Part shown: in pieces, positions 29,250-39,587 of the stretch
Position numbering within the stretch: the first letter of the stretch is position 1
Layout: each line of letters opens with the position of its first letter
Assembly (NCBI GenBank): GCA_050951325.1
Contig: JBMNIW010000008.1
Coordinates: 312,027 to 376,026 of the forward strand
Reading direction: 5' to 3'
Source of the DNA: Clostridia bacterium
Lineage (GTDB): Bacteria; Bacillota; Clostridia; UBA1212; DUPL01
Length of the DNA: 64,000 nt
The notes under the pieces: generated by a model
Database searches by the model: none
Seen by the model: the letters and a program-made list of their open reading frames with translations, nothing else
What the model was told of the DNA's origin: nothing
Position numbers and translations under genes: made by a program

Positions 29250-29969
29250 ATGAAAAAAGCTTTATGTTTTGTAGTAGTACTAATGATTCTAACATCATTT
29301 GCAATTATGCCTGCTATGGCAGAGGACACAAACCTGGCACTTGGCAAAAGTGTTACCGCTGAATCTGATTACTCTGGAACTAATCCAAGTAAGGAAGATT
29401 TAATATTCTTTTCAGCTACATATCTTACAGACGGAGAAGCTCCTATATGGGACGGCGTAAGCCAAGATGTACATCTTTGTTGGTATAGTGAAGCCCAAAC
29501 ACAAGAAACCGATATCAATCTTACAATAGATCTTGAAGATGTATATGCATTAAATAAAGTTGTCTTAACACCATCAAGTTTTCTTGATGGCCAGAGCTTT
29601 CCTACCGATTTTGACATTCTTGTTTCTAATGACGGCAATGAATGGTCAAAAATAGGTGAAGTTAGAGATCGTACTGGCGTTATATCAGACAACATGGTTT
29701 TCGATACTGACAAGGAAGCTCGTTATGTAAGAATTAATGTTACCAAAATGAGTCCTATTACTGATGGAAACGTTTTCTTTGCAGGAATTGCTGAAGTTGA
29801 AGCTTATGGTGGACCTGTGACTGCTCCAGAAACTGAGCCAACTACTGAGACAAACCCAGGAACCAATGATCAGTCATTTACATGGTTGATAGTTGCAACT
29901 GCAGCTTTTGCACTCGCATTCGGTGCATTTGTATTTCTGCGTAATCGCAAAGAAGCTGAGGTATTTTAA
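29250..29969 (+). CDS. Discoidin (F5/8 type C, CBM32-like) surface protein with NPxTN-type sorting signal
   Basis: Signal peptide AMA|ED; NLALGK, LTDG, IDLE, FPTDF, ARYVRI, IAEVEAY; NPGTND + TM + RNRK tail. Confidence 0.82.
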   Translation: MKKALCFVVVLMILTSFAIMPAMAEDTNLALGKSVTAESDYSGTNPSKEDLIFFSATYLTDGEAPIWDGVSQDVHLCWYSEAQTQETDINLTIDLEDVYALNKVVLTPSSFLDGQSFPTDFDILVSNDGNEWSKIGEVRDRTGVISDNMVFDTDKEARYVRINVTKMSPITDGNVFFAGIAEVEAYGGPVTAPETEPTTETNPGTNDQSFTWLIVATAAFALAFGAFVFLRNRKEAEVF

Positions 29970-29992
29970 TATCTAAGATTCAGCTATTGTTA

Positions 29993-30027
29993 ATGACGTC
30001 AATCATCAATGGTTGACGTCGTTTTTA
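29993..30027 (+). terminator. Intrinsic terminator
   Basis: ATGACGTCAATCA-tcaa-TGGTTGACGTCGT followed by TTTT. Confidence 0.75.
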
Positions 30028-30177
30028 TATAACTTGTATGTTAGCCTCATATATGGCTATATATGTAAATTATATTTTTATATTCAGTATTTATAAAATT
30101 TTTGTATTGACAAATTGGCATATTCATGTAAAATTACCTTGTAAAAAAACACAATGATAAAGGATGGATGATTAGTA

Positions 30178-30966
30178 ATGAAAAAAATGTTTTGTTTTGC
30201 AGTAGCACTAATGATTCTTGTTTCAATTGCTGTAGTGCCTGCAATGGCTGAAGAAGAAAACGTAGCACTTTATAAATATGTATATTGCGAATCCGATGAT
30301 CCTGGCGCTAACCCCAGCCTTGAAGGCATCGCATTTTTCTCCGCCGATTTCCTTACAGACGGAGACGCTCCTGAATGGGACGGTGTAAGTCAGGATACCC
30401 CTCTCTGCTGGTATGGCGGATCAGCAACTCAAGATACACATATAACAATTACTGTTGACCTTGAGAACCTCTATGCTCTCAAAAAAATCGTTTTGGTTCC
30501 TACAAGCTTTCTTAACGGCATGAACATGCCAACTGACTTCAAAGTTCTTGTTTCCAAAGATGAAAGCGACTGGGTAACAGTTGCTGAAGTTAATGGCCGT
30601 ACTGGAGCTACATCAGAAAACTTTATTTACGAGTTTGAAGAAGAAGAAGCTCGCTACATTATGGTCTCAATTACCAAAATGAGCCCTGTTAAAGATGATA
30701 GCTTCTATTATTCAGGTATTGCTGAACTCGAGGCATACGGCGATCTTCTGTCTACTCCTACAGCTGAACCAACAGAGGTCCCACAGGAAACACCAGCAGA
30801 TGAGACTACTGAAGAACCTTCAGAGACTCCTGCTGCAACTAAGGACAATACTGATAAAGAAGATGACAAAAAGTCCGACTTCCCTGTTGTTCCAGTTGCA
30901 ATCGCAGCTGCAGCAGTTGTCGTAATCGCAGTGGTAGTTGTTATAGTTAAAAAGAAGAAGTCATAA
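30178..30966 (+). CDS. Discoidin (F5/8 type C) surface protein, tandem paralog, C-terminal TM anchor
   Basis: Same motifs as 29250-29969; P/T/E linker, TM helix, KKKKS tail. Confidence 0.82.
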   Translation: MKKMFCFAVALMILVSIAVVPAMAEEENVALYKYVYCESDDPGANPSLEGIAFFSADFLTDGDAPEWDGVSQDTPLCWYGGSATQDTHITITVDLENLYALKKIVLVPTSFLNGMNMPTDFKVLVSKDESDWVTVAEVNGRTGATSENFIYEFEEEEARYIMVSITKMSPVKDDSFYYSGIAELEAYGDLLSTPTAEPTEVPQETPADETTEEPSETPAATKDNTDKEDDKKSDFPVVPVAIAAAAVVVIAVVVVIVKKKKS

Positions 30967-31183
30967 GTACAATACATAAATTGACTACATTACCAAGAAA
31001 GTAGAACATCAAGTTCTACTTTCTTGGCTTTCAGAACAAATCCTGACCACATTGCAGACTCCTCTTGAGCAAGTCCTGCAGTACGCCTATATATTATTAT
31101 CTTCTTTATTTAGAATCATGGCAATAAAAGTTTAAGTAAAGTTCTATGATAAGAATTGACAGCAAAAATTTTAATAACGGCTA

Positions 31184-31212
31184 TTGACAATTTGTGAAGT
31201 ATTGTATATAAT
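31184..31212 (+). promoter_or_regulatory. Consensus sigmaA promoter of the tRNA gene
   Basis: TTGACA-N17-TATAAT. Confidence 0.8.
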
Positions 31213-31245
31213 ATCTTTTGTCGCTGTGAGCGACATATTACATTC

Positions 31246-31322
31246 GGGCCATTAGCTCAGTTGGTTAGAGCAACCGGCTCATAACCGGTTGGTCCGGGGT
31301 TCGAGTCCCTGATGGCCCACCA
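31246..31322 (+). tRNA. tRNA with CAT anticodon, most likely tRNA-Ile2 (lysidine-modified)
   Basis: 77 nt GGGCCAT..ATGGCCC-ACCA, TAGCTCAGTTGGTTAGAGC, CCGGCT-CAT-AACCGG, GGTTCGAGTCC; resembles Firmicute Ile2 and has no fMet features. Confidence 0.92.
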
Positions 31323-31329
31323 ATATAAG

Positions 31330-31365
31330 AATCTGGAAGAGACTAAAATCCTTCCAGATTTTTTT
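31330..31365 (+). terminator. tRNA terminator
   Basis: AATCTGGAAG..CTTCCAGATT followed by a T-run. Confidence 0.75.
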
Positions 31366-31413
31366 ATACAATTAAAACATAAGACATTATATCCTTAAGG
31401 AAAAACAAGCCCT

Positions 31414-31677
31414 CTATTTCGAGAGCTTGTCTATAATACCCATTATCTCCTCAATCTTTTCATCACTGTTTCCTTTTAAGATAGCTTCCTTGACACACCC
31501 GTTAATATGGGCATGAAGTATCTCCTTGTTAACTCTTCTCAAAATCGCCTGGGTTGCCAAAAGCTGTGTGGATATGTCAATGCAATACCTGTCATCCTCC
31601 ACCATTTTAATAAGGCCGTCTATCTGTCCTTTGGCCGTTTTAAGTAGACGATACACCTTTTCCTTATCCGCCTGCAT
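31414..31677 (-). CDS. csoR: Copper-sensing repressor CsoR family
   Basis: GQIDGLIKMVEDDRYCIDI..HINGCV (C-H-C ligands); in the cop operon. Confidence 0.92.
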   Translation of the reverse strand: MQADKEKVYRLLKTAKGQIDGLIKMVEDDRYCIDISTQLLATQAILRRVNKEILHAHINGCVKEAILKGNSDEKIEEIMGIIDKLSK

Positions 31678-31689
31678 TTTCCGCCTCCT

Positions 31690-31917
31690 TTAACCAAACA
31701 AACCTTTTTTCTCTGATATTGAAACCACCTCGTATCCTGCATCAGAAACCGCCTTGGCAAGAATATAATCATCCACATCAGACTTAAGATCAACCACGGC
31801 ATTTTTCTTCTTCAAATTTACTTTTGCAGAAACACCATCCAATGAATTCAAAGCCTTTTCCACATGACTTTTGCAATGATTGCAAGTCATTCCTTCTATT
31901 TGTATTACCTTCTTCAT
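31690..31917 (-). CDS. copZ: Copper chaperone CopZ (HMA domain)
   Basis: GMTCNHC. Confidence 0.88.
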   Translation of the reverse strand: MKKVIQIEGMTCNHCKSHVEKALNSLDGVSAKVNLKKKNAVVDLKSDVDDYILAKAVSDAGYEVVSISEKKGLFG

Positions 31918-31938
31918 TCCTAAAAACCCCTTTCATTA

Positions 31939-34209
31939 TTATTCTCTATTAAAAAATCTCAATCTTAGAGCATTTGTAACCACAAATACCGAACTCAAAC
32001 TCATGGCAAGAGCTCCGATCATTGGACTTAGCTTAAGTCCAAAGAAGGGATAGAACACTCCAGCTGCCAAAGGTATGCCCAGTGTATTGTAGAAGAATGC
32101 CCAGAACAGATTCTGTTTTATATTCTTTATTGTCGCCTTTCCTAGCTTTACAGCAAATACAGCATCATTTAGATCGCTTCTCATAAGAACAATATCAGCA
32201 GACTCTATGGCAATATCAGTACCTGCACCAATAGCTATACCTACATCTGCTCTAACCAACGCAGGCGCATCGTTGATACCGTCTCCCACCATAGCCACCT
32301 TTTTGCCTTCTTCCTGCAGTTTCCTTACGATGCTTTCCTTGTCTTGCGGCATGACATCGGCTACCACGTTGTCTATTTGAAGGCTGCCTGCTACAGCCTT
32401 TGCAGTAGTTTCATTATCGCCAGTCAGCATTATGACATCAATACCCATATCCTTAAGCTCTTTTATTGCACTTTTGCTGCTTTCCTTCACAGTATCAGCC
32501 ACCGCAATAACTCCAATGAAAGTATTTTCCTTTGCAAAGTAAAGAGGAGTTTTCCCTTCCTGCGAGAGGTTGTTGCCATTTACCGAGTCAGGCACCTTAA
32601 TTGAGTTGTCCCTCATCATTTCAATATTTCCAGCCACATAACTCTTACCATCAATTATAGCGGTTATACCTCTTCCTGGCACTGCATTAAAGGATTCCAC
32701 CTCCACAAGTTCAAGATCATTATCCTTGGCTTTTGCCAGTATGGCTTCTGCAAGAGGATGCTCGGAGGGTTTTTCAATCGAAGCAGCTATAATCAAAAGT
32801 TCCTTCTCATCAACACCAAAAGGCATAATGTCCGTAACTTTTGGTTTTCCTTCCGTTATGGTTCCTGTCTTGTCCAGAACCATGGTGTCTATCGAATGCA
32901 TAAGCTCAAGTGCCTCTGCAGACTTTACCAATACACCATTTGAAGCACCTTGACCCGTAGCCACCATAACCGCAACCGGTGTTGCAAGACCTAGAGCACA
33001 CGGACAGGAAATGACCAGCACACTAATCCCTATTGTCATGGCAAACTCAAATCCGTAACCAAGCGCATACCAAATTATACTGGAAACAATAGCTATAACT
33101 ATGACTACTGGAACGAAAATGCCGCTTATCTTGTCAGCCAGTTTGGATATTGGAGCCTTTGAAGAGCCCGCCTCCTCCACCAGCCTTACAATCTGCGCAA
33201 GAGTAGTGTCATTACCCACCTTCTCCGCTTTGAACTTGAAATATCCGCTTTTGTTGACAGTTGCTGCATGCACCTTGTCACCTACATTCTTTTCAACAGG
33301 CATACTTTCCCCTGTCAGCGCTGACTGGTCGACAGAAGTCCTTCCTTCAACAACGACCCCATCCACAGGAATACTTGCACCAGGCCTTACAACTACAACA
33401 TCCCCTATTACAACCTCATCAACGGAAATGGTTTCTTCTTTTCCATCCCTCATAACAGTAGCTGTCTTTGGTGCAAGATTCAAAAGCTTTGCAATCGCAT
33501 CCGAGGTCTTGCCTTTTGACCTGGTTTCAAGAAACTTGCCCAAGGTTATAAGGGCGAGAATCATGGCTGCAGACTCAAAATACAGATCATGTGTATACTG
33601 GTTCACAATATCCATATCACCATGACCAAGGCCGTATCCTATTCTAAATATTGCAAATACTCCATACACCAAGGCAGCACCTGATCCGATTGCAATCAAT
33701 GTATCCATATTGGGCGACAGTTTGAACAGCGTCTTGAAACCCACCTGAAAATACTTTCTGTTTAGAAACACAATCGGGAGAGTTAACAGAAGCTGCACCA
33801 TAGCAAAGGATACCGCATTCTCATGCCCAATAAGAAATGATGGCATTGGAAGTCCAATCATATGCCCCATAGACACATACATAAGAGGCACCAGAAATAC
33901 AAAGGACCAAATTACCCTGTTCTTCATTTCCTTTAGTTCTTCCCTGACAAGATTGGCACCAGTTTCCTCTTTTCCTGAAGCCTTCTCCTCCGAGAAAACC
34001 GATGCCTTGTAACCGGCACTGTTTACAGCCTCTATTATCTTTTCATCTATATTCAAGTTATCAATATTCTCATCCAATTCCACAGTCATGCTCTTTGTCA
34101 ACAGGTTTACATTAACATCTTTTACTCCCTGTATTTTCTGAACTGTTCTGTTAACTGCGGCAGAACACGCTGAACATGTCATGCCTTCAACCGTGTATTT
34201 GTTCTTCAC
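31939..34209 (-). CDS. copA: Copper-translocating P1B-type ATPase
   Basis: [33 protein letters not shown] and MSLSS; GTG start at 34209 with GAGGTG RBS. Confidence 0.95.
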   Translation of the reverse strand: MKNKYTVEGMTCSACSAAVNRTVQKIQGVKDVNVNLLTKSMTVELDENIDNLNIDEKIIEAVNSAGYKASVFSEEKASGKEETGANLVREELKEMKNRVIWSFVFLVPLMYVSMGHMIGLPMPSFLIGHENAVSFAMVQLLLTLPIVFLNRKYFQVGFKTLFKLSPNMDTLIAIGSGAALVYGVFAIFRIGYGLGHGDMDIVNQYTHDLYFESAAMILALITLGKFLETRSKGKTSDAIAKLLNLAPKTATVMRDGKEETISVDEVVIGDVVVVRPGASIPVDGVVVEGRTSVDQSALTGESMPVEKNVGDKVHAATVNKSGYFKFKAEKVGNDTTLAQIVRLVEEAGSSKAPISKLADKISGIFVPVVIVIAIVSSIIWYALGYGFEFAMTIGISVLVISCPCALGLATPVAVMVATGQGASNGVLVKSAEALELMHSIDTMVLDKTGTITEGKPKVTDIMPFGVDEKELLIIAASIEKPSEHPLAEAILAKAKDNDLELVEVESFNAVPGRGITAIIDGKSYVAGNIEMMRDNSIKVPDSVNGNNLSQEGKTPLYFAKENTFIGVIAVADTVKESSKSAIKELKDMGIDVIMLTGDNETTAKAVAGSLQIDNVVADVMPQDKESIVRKLQEEGKKVAMVGDGINDAPALVRADVGIAIGAGTDIAIESADIVLMRSDLNDAVFAVKLGKATIKNIKQNLFWAFFYNTLGIPLAAGVFYPFFGLKLSPMIGALAMSLSSVFVVTNALRLRFFNRE

Positions 34210-34228
34210 TTGTTTCACCTCTCTTAAT

Positions 34229-34252
34229 ATACCTACACCCCCTGGGGGTATA
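34229..34252. promoter_or_regulatory. CsoR operator
   Basis: TACCCCCAGGGGGTGTA C/G-tract pseudo-palindrome between the copA promoter and RBS. Confidence 0.75.
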
Positions 34253-34343
34253 TATAGTTTACTCCTAATGTTATTGTTTGTCAATACATAGAGCAGTATT
34301 CACAAAAATTTAAAAGCCCCGCCTATTTCAAGCGGAGCTTTTT

Positions 34344-34874
34344 CTATTCATTGATTACATTTATCTGGCACTGCTTCATGGCTTTCAACGCGTTTTCATG
34401 AACCTCCCGGTTTGATCCCGCACAACAGGAAGCATCCACGGTTACCAGCACTTCAGGGCAAAAGGCTTTAATTAAAAGTGTATTGGAGAGAACACAAATA
34501 TCAGTAACCAATCCCACAATTTCCACTTCTCTAAGACCTTCTTCAAACATTCTTGCCACTTTCTCACCCAAGGCGGTGCTTCCAAAGGTGTACTTTACAA
34601 TCTCAGTGTATTTCTTGTCCTTTGCAGCATCCAGAAGGTCTTTATGCACCTTGTGGCCATGCGTGCCTTCCTTGCAGTGTACGACAGGCAAATTTCTTCC
34701 CTCCTGCGTATCCAAATAATCTTCTTTATGTGTATCAAGAGTAAATACAATTTCTCCTTCATGTTTCTTTATCTTATCAACCACTGCTGGAACAATCCTT
34801 TTAGCTTCCTCGCTTCCTAAAGCGCCATCAATAAAATCATTTTGCATATCAACTACTACCAATAGTTTTTCCAT
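34344..34874 (-). CDS. Isochorismatase family cysteine hydrolase (nicotinamidase-like)
   Basis: VVDMQNDF, DTH, HC, GLVTDICV. Confidence 0.88.
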   Translation of the reverse strand: MEKLLVVVDMQNDFIDGALGSEEAKRIVPAVVDKIKKHEGEIVFTLDTHKEDYLDTQEGRNLPVVHCKEGTHGHKVHKDLLDAAKDKKYTEIVKYTFGSTALGEKVARMFEEGLREVEIVGLVTDICVLSNTLLIKAFCPEVLVTVDASCCAGSNREVHENALKAMKQCQINVINE

Positions 34875-34940
34875 AAAATATCTCCTTTCTCCAAGTAGTA
34901 TAATTCATTATACCACAAAAACTGGAGAAAGGACGAAATG

Positions 34941-37859
34941 CTAGTTTTCTATCTTAAACGTTCTTTTGGCATCAGGACTCTCCATTTCAAACACAAAGGA
35001 AAAACTATACGTTCCATCCATGTTGAAGTGTACTGAATAACCATCATACTCATGAACAAAAAACTCAATGGGCACGTATTCACCATCCACAAGCTCATAA
35101 ATCCTTGGCTTCTTGATATTCGTAAAGCCATCTATACGAACTGCATTGTTGTTCCTTCCGCCTGATATGGTAAACTCGGCTTGATTGTCCACACACTTGA
35201 TCCTTGGCAGATAAGCATCCTTTACAACCTCTCCCTTTATTGCCTCAATTTTTAAAGGCTTCAGCGCCGAATCCTCTCTTACGTATCTGACATTGTCATC
35301 ATGCAAATCGTTGTATGATCCATATGGGAGAAGAATAAAATCCAGTTCAATGTAGTCGCCCTTCTTGAATTTGGTTTTGCCCAAGTCAAGACTGAGGCTT
35401 CCTATGTTGATGGTTCCACTGAAGGTATTCCTGAAAACAAAGCCGCCACTGTACTTCTTCTTCCCAATCTTTATATTGCTGTTTTTCAATATGAAACCAA
35501 AGTTCATATCCTCGTTTTTATCAAGTTCAAAATATGAGAAGTACGGATTCTGATTGCCCAGTTTGTAGATCTGTGTATTCTCAGTGGCAGTATCAATCAT
35601 CACTGTCTTTGGCTCATTGTTTTCATCCAGATACCCTGCCTGATAGAACTTGTTGCCTCTTGAGTCAAAAGTGAACAGTGAAAAGTTTTCTCTGACATTG
35701 TCTATTGTGAGGTCTTTCAAAAACTCAAGACGTAAAGAGTAATACGTCCTGTTTTCATCCGTTTGCGGAAACTCCAGATGTCTCAATGTATATTTGTAGG
35801 ATCCGCAGTCAGATATGTAGCTGTAGTCCAAGTCTGCATACGTCTGACCCGAACTCCTAATATACGTTCCTGTATACTCACTGCCTATCTTCTTTACCCC
35901 TTTCATGTATGAGACAAAATACAGTCTTCCAACAGAGTTGAACTGGGGTTGCGATGTCCACATGATGCCGCTTGGACCGCGAAAATCAGGCAGTGTCCAA
36001 CCATCCTTGCCATAGACATAATATGGAGCAATGCAGTTTGATTCGGTTACACCTGTGGAAAGATGGTAGTACGAAACATGGAACTGTATCCAGGACAGCT
36101 GCTTGAGAGGATAGCTGCCCCAGTTCTGATAAAGGTGGAGAAGAGTAAATTCAGCCTCCTCGCTTGCTTTCAGTACAAGCGGGAAGAAGGTATCACCATA
36201 GGCATTATCCTCAGGATCATAAAATGGTTCCTCGTATTCCCCTTTGAAGTTCTTGCCCACCTGAAGAGGTATTGGTATCAGTGTTTCCGTATCGTCAAGC
36301 AGCGCGGCACATTCAAGACCGCCTGATTCTGAATTCATCCATATATAAATACCTCTGTCGTTATTGTCCGACTTAACCTTTATTCTTGCAGTATAATGCT
36401 TGTCAGGTTCACGGTAGTACGCTTTGTTGAAATCAGAACCTTCCATGGTAAACCTGTAGGCACCCCTTATATGGTCATAACCGGCAAATTGGGCATCCGC
36501 ATTGGTATCCATCACGGTTATGTCTGCAAGAGGATTCCTTTCATTGAAAGCTTCCTTGTCTATACCTGCAAAGGAATGAGACAGGTCGGTGTATACCCTG
36601 TTTCCAAAGGTGATGTCGTCCATTTTCCTGATATTGTTTCCTGTCACATTGGCATACTGGGTGAATACATAGTTGTCCTTATCCTCTGTTAAAGTGCAAT
36701 AGGATGTACTTCCATCCGGCGGGATTATGAATCCAACCACACCCACCTTCTTTATGTCAAACGCCACATACTCCAAACTTTCCCCATCCATCTTGCTTAT
36801 GTCGCTGCTCGTTCCGTTCTTGTCCCTGTATTGAATTTTTGCCACCGACTTTTTACTTATCCTCACTTCGAAACCGAAACCTGCCAGCTCATTGTAGTCA
36901 TTAGAGGCAATCAATCTGAATTCCTGATGCATTTTGTCAGAGTATGTATGAATGGTCTTGTCAAGTTTCAGAGGAACGGACGCCGCTTCAGTCCTAACCG
37001 CATTTACTGACTTGAAAGTTATCTTTTCACCGGAAGCACTTCCAATATCAAAGCGGATTCCTTTAAGGGGGGTATTGAACAAGCCTGTGCCGGACAGATC
37101 AATTAAATATGTATGATAGTTTCCATCAGCGAGCACCTTGAAGGAAGTAACCTGCTGTGCGTTAAATCCTTCTGTGTCCTCGGTAAAGAAGTACAAATAG
37201 CCAATGTTTGCTGTACCCTCCACTTTCATTTCCACCTGTATTGCATTGTATATGGCAGGATTCACATGAATTCCCGTCCTTACCACATATGGGTCATAAT
37301 CACCTGCAATTTCAACTACCATGGTATTGTCCTGGTAGTTGATGCCCTTTATATCCTTGCTGCCCTGCCAGCTCCTTGTGTCAAACCCGCTTATGTCAAG
37401 TTTTTCATAAATGGTAACATCCTGTTTTCCAAATCCCAGATCCCTAATATGGGTTTCATAATAGTAGTATCCAAGCCTTGTCGTATTGACCCTGGCAGTA
37501 CTTATTGAATCAGACGCATAAAATGTGCTGCCGCTTGTATCCCTGACAAAAACATCCATCGTATTCTTCAAGTATGTTTTTCCCTTGTTTGTTTTAAGAG
37601 CCGTAACATACTTATTGCTTCCCCCCATAAGCTCGTGGACAAGCTCAACCTGGGTATTGATAATAGTAAGGCTGCTTCTGTCAGGTTTGTTGTAGTAAGC
37701 CTGCACCTTGTTTGCAATACTGTTTGCATACACCATGGATGCGGATAATTTGGTATCTCCACTGGTATCTCTTGGAGGCACTTTTTTTACATCCGTACCA
37801 CAACCTGCCAATATAACAACACAAAAAATCAGACAAAAAATACGAATAAGCCTATTCAT
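34941..37859 (-). CDS. Large uncharacterised lipoprotein (972 aa)
   Basis: GAGGAG RBS, LAGC lipobox, long ORF; CBM-like insert (YDPYV..GNYHTYLIDL..GIRFDIG). Confidence 0.8.
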   Translation of the reverse strand: MNRLIRIFCLIFCVVILAGCGTDVKKVPPRDTSGDTKLSASMVYANSIANKVQAYYNKPDRSSLTIINTQVELVHELMGGSNKYVTALKTNKGKTYLKNTMDVFVRDTSGSTFYASDSISTARVNTTRLGYYYYETHIRDLGFGKQDVTIYEKLDISGFDTRSWQGSKDIKGINYQDNTMVVEIAGDYDPYVVRTGIHVNPAIYNAIQVEMKVEGTANIGYLYFFTEDTEGFNAQQVTSFKVLADGNYHTYLIDLSGTGLFNTPLKGIRFDIGSASGEKITFKSVNAVRTEAASVPLKLDKTIHTYSDKMHQEFRLIASNDYNELAGFGFEVRISKKSVAKIQYRDKNGTSSDISKMDGESLEYVAFDIKKVGVVGFIIPPDGSTSYCTLTEDKDNYVFTQYANVTGNNIRKMDDITFGNRVYTDLSHSFAGIDKEAFNERNPLADITVMDTNADAQFAGYDHIRGAYRFTMEGSDFNKAYYREPDKHYTARIKVKSDNNDRGIYIWMNSESGGLECAALLDDTETLIPIPLQVGKNFKGEYEEPFYDPEDNAYGDTFFPLVLKASEEAEFTLLHLYQNWGSYPLKQLSWIQFHVSYYHLSTGVTESNCIAPYYVYGKDGWTLPDFRGPSGIMWTSQPQFNSVGRLYFVSYMKGVKKIGSEYTGTYIRSSGQTYADLDYSYISDCGSYKYTLRHLEFPQTDENRTYYSLRLEFLKDLTIDNVRENFSLFTFDSRGNKFYQAGYLDENNEPKTVMIDTATENTQIYKLGNQNPYFSYFELDKNEDMNFGFILKNSNIKIGKKKYSGGFVFRNTFSGTINIGSLSLDLGKTKFKKGDYIELDFILLPYGSYNDLHDDNVRYVREDSALKPLKIEAIKGEVVKDAYLPRIKCVDNQAEFTISGGRNNNAVRIDGFTNIKKPRIYELVDGEYVPIEFFVHEYDGYSVHFNMDGTYSFSFVFEMESPDAKRTFKIEN

Positions 37860-37974
37860 GTATAACTCTCCTCGCAAGTAATATGTTAACAATATAATAT
37901 CACAAAAAGGCAACTAAAAAAACTGCCACTTTTCAGTGACAGTCCTTGTTACATCATTTTTGTGCGGCTGTGTT

Positions 37975-38532
37975 TCACAAGGGTAAGTGGTATTTGATTT
38001 TCTTCGCAACCCAGGAAGCAAGAAGACTCATAATAACATCACCAGGGATAAAAGGGATTACGCAAAGCATTAGAATTTTCCATAAACCCATATTGTTTCC
38101 AAGGTACAGATTCATAATTATATGAAAATAAATGGTACCTAGAGTATAGCAGGCTGCAATGCTCCCAAACGAAGCCAAAAGATATCTTGAATATGATACT
38201 TCCTTTCTTTTGCCCACAATCAATCCGGCAACAAAGGCACCTGCCACAAAACCAAGAATATAGCCGAAGGTGGGCTGAAGTACGTAGCCAAATCCTCCTC
38301 CATTTGTAAACACGGGAAGTCCAATCAACCCTGCAATAATGTATATTGAAACAGAGATGGCTCCCTTGCAAGAGCCCAGAAGCAAACCCGCAAGTGTGGT
38401 AAAGGTCAGCTGCATTGTAATTGGAACATATGAAATCGGTATCTTTATATATGCTCCAATGGTAGACAGCGCCGCAAAAAGAGCGCATAAAACAATAGAT
38501 TGTGTATCAAATATTCTCTTTTCCCTTTTCAT
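37975..38532 (-). CDS. bioY: Biotin ECF transporter S component
   Basis: VPITMQ, GLIGLPVF, PTFGYILGF, PFIPGD. Confidence 0.93.
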   Translation of the reverse strand: MKREKRIFDTQSIVLCALFAALSTIGAYIKIPISYVPITMQLTFTTLAGLLLGSCKGAISVSIYIIAGLIGLPVFTNGGGFGYVLQPTFGYILGFVAGAFVAGLIVGKRKEVSYSRYLLASFGSIAACYTLGTIYFHIIMNLYLGNNMGLWKILMLCVIPFIPGDVIMSLLASWVAKKIKYHLPL

Positions 38533-38533
38533 G

Positions 38534-39511
38534 TCAACTGTTCCACCTCAATGATATTTCACCATAATTTAAAGACTCAACCTTGCCCTCTTCGCATCTG
38601 ACTACAAGCCCTCCATTGTCATCTATGTCAATGACGTGTGCCTTTTTTCTGTTTTCTCCCACCAAGATCTCCACATCCCTGCCTACAACAATCGACATCT
38701 CCCTGTACTCCTGTATAAACTTCTTTTCCTTTAGACTTTCAGGAGCTGTAAGAGATTGCAGCTCATTCAATACTTCTGCAACAAGCCGGTTTCTAGGTAC
38801 AAACCCATCCTTCGAGTTGCATATTGAGCCTGCCACCGCCTCCAAATCCTCCGGAAAATCTTTTGTTGAAACATTGATTCCAATACCAATGATGACAAGA
38901 TTTATTCTTCCATTCTCCAAATCAAAGGATCCTTCTGTTAGAATTCCGCATATCTTTTTTCCATTCAGGAAGATGTCATTTACCCACTTTATACCACACT
39001 CAATGCCTGTCAGTTTGTAAATTGCCCTGCATACAGCAATGCAGGCAGCCACCGTCACCACATTGTAAATATTTGCATCATCCTGCGGTCTTAGAATATA
39101 GCTCATATAAACGCCGGTGTCTTTTGGTGAGTAAAAACTTCTGTTTTGTCTTCCTCTTCCCTTTGTCTGACCGTTTGCTACAATCACACTGCCATCTTCA
39201 TTACCTTCCATGGCAATTTCCTTTGCGGTCTTGTTTGTTGACTCCACAGTATCAAAAACATATATATTGCCTCTGTAGTCATCTCTTAGATAAGGAAGAA
39301 TACCTTCCACCGACAAAACATCGCTTTCACTTAGCAATCTGTAGCCCTTTTTGGTAACAGACTCTATTAGGTGGCCTTCTTCCCTTAGTGAGTTTACAGC
39401 TTTATTTACAGCAGCTCTTGATACGTTGAAATTAAACGCCATATCTTCTCCCGAAATGTATTTATCCCTGCTTTGTTCCAAGAGCTTGAGTATGTTTATC
39501 TTCAAAGACAT
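38534..39511 (-). CDS. birA: Bifunctional biotin ligase/repressor
   Basis: N-terminal HTH (ISGE..VSRAAV), STN, GRGRQNR, IKWVND, KICGIL. Confidence 0.95.
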   Translation of the reverse strand: MSLKINILKLLEQSRDKYISGEDMAFNFNVSRAAVNKAVNSLREEGHLIESVTKKGYRLLSESDVLSVEGILPYLRDDYRGNIYVFDTVESTNKTAKEIAMEGNEDGSVIVANGQTKGRGRQNRSFYSPKDTGVYMSYILRPQDDANIYNVVTVAACIAVCRAIYKLTGIECGIKWVNDIFLNGKKICGILTEGSFDLENGRINLVIIGIGINVSTKDFPEDLEAVAGSICNSKDGFVPRNRLVAEVLNELQSLTAPESLKEKKFIQEYREMSIVVGRDVEILVGENRKKAHVIDIDDNGGLVVRCEEGKVESLNYGEISLRWNS

Positions 39512-39555
39512 AAAAAAACCCCTTTCGCAGAATATATTACTCCTGCAAAAGGGAA

Positions 39556-39587
39556 TTGTCAACCATTTTTGTTTTTTGAGTTTACAA
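39556..39587. promoter_or_regulatory. BirA operator
   Basis: Minus strand TTGTAAAC-N16-GTTGACAA upstream of birA-bioY, matching the known BirA palindrome. Confidence 0.8.

Noticed and set aside
31246-31322. tRNA as integration site (att) of a genomic island
   Set aside because: No integrase and no duplicated tRNA 3' end noticed in the window.
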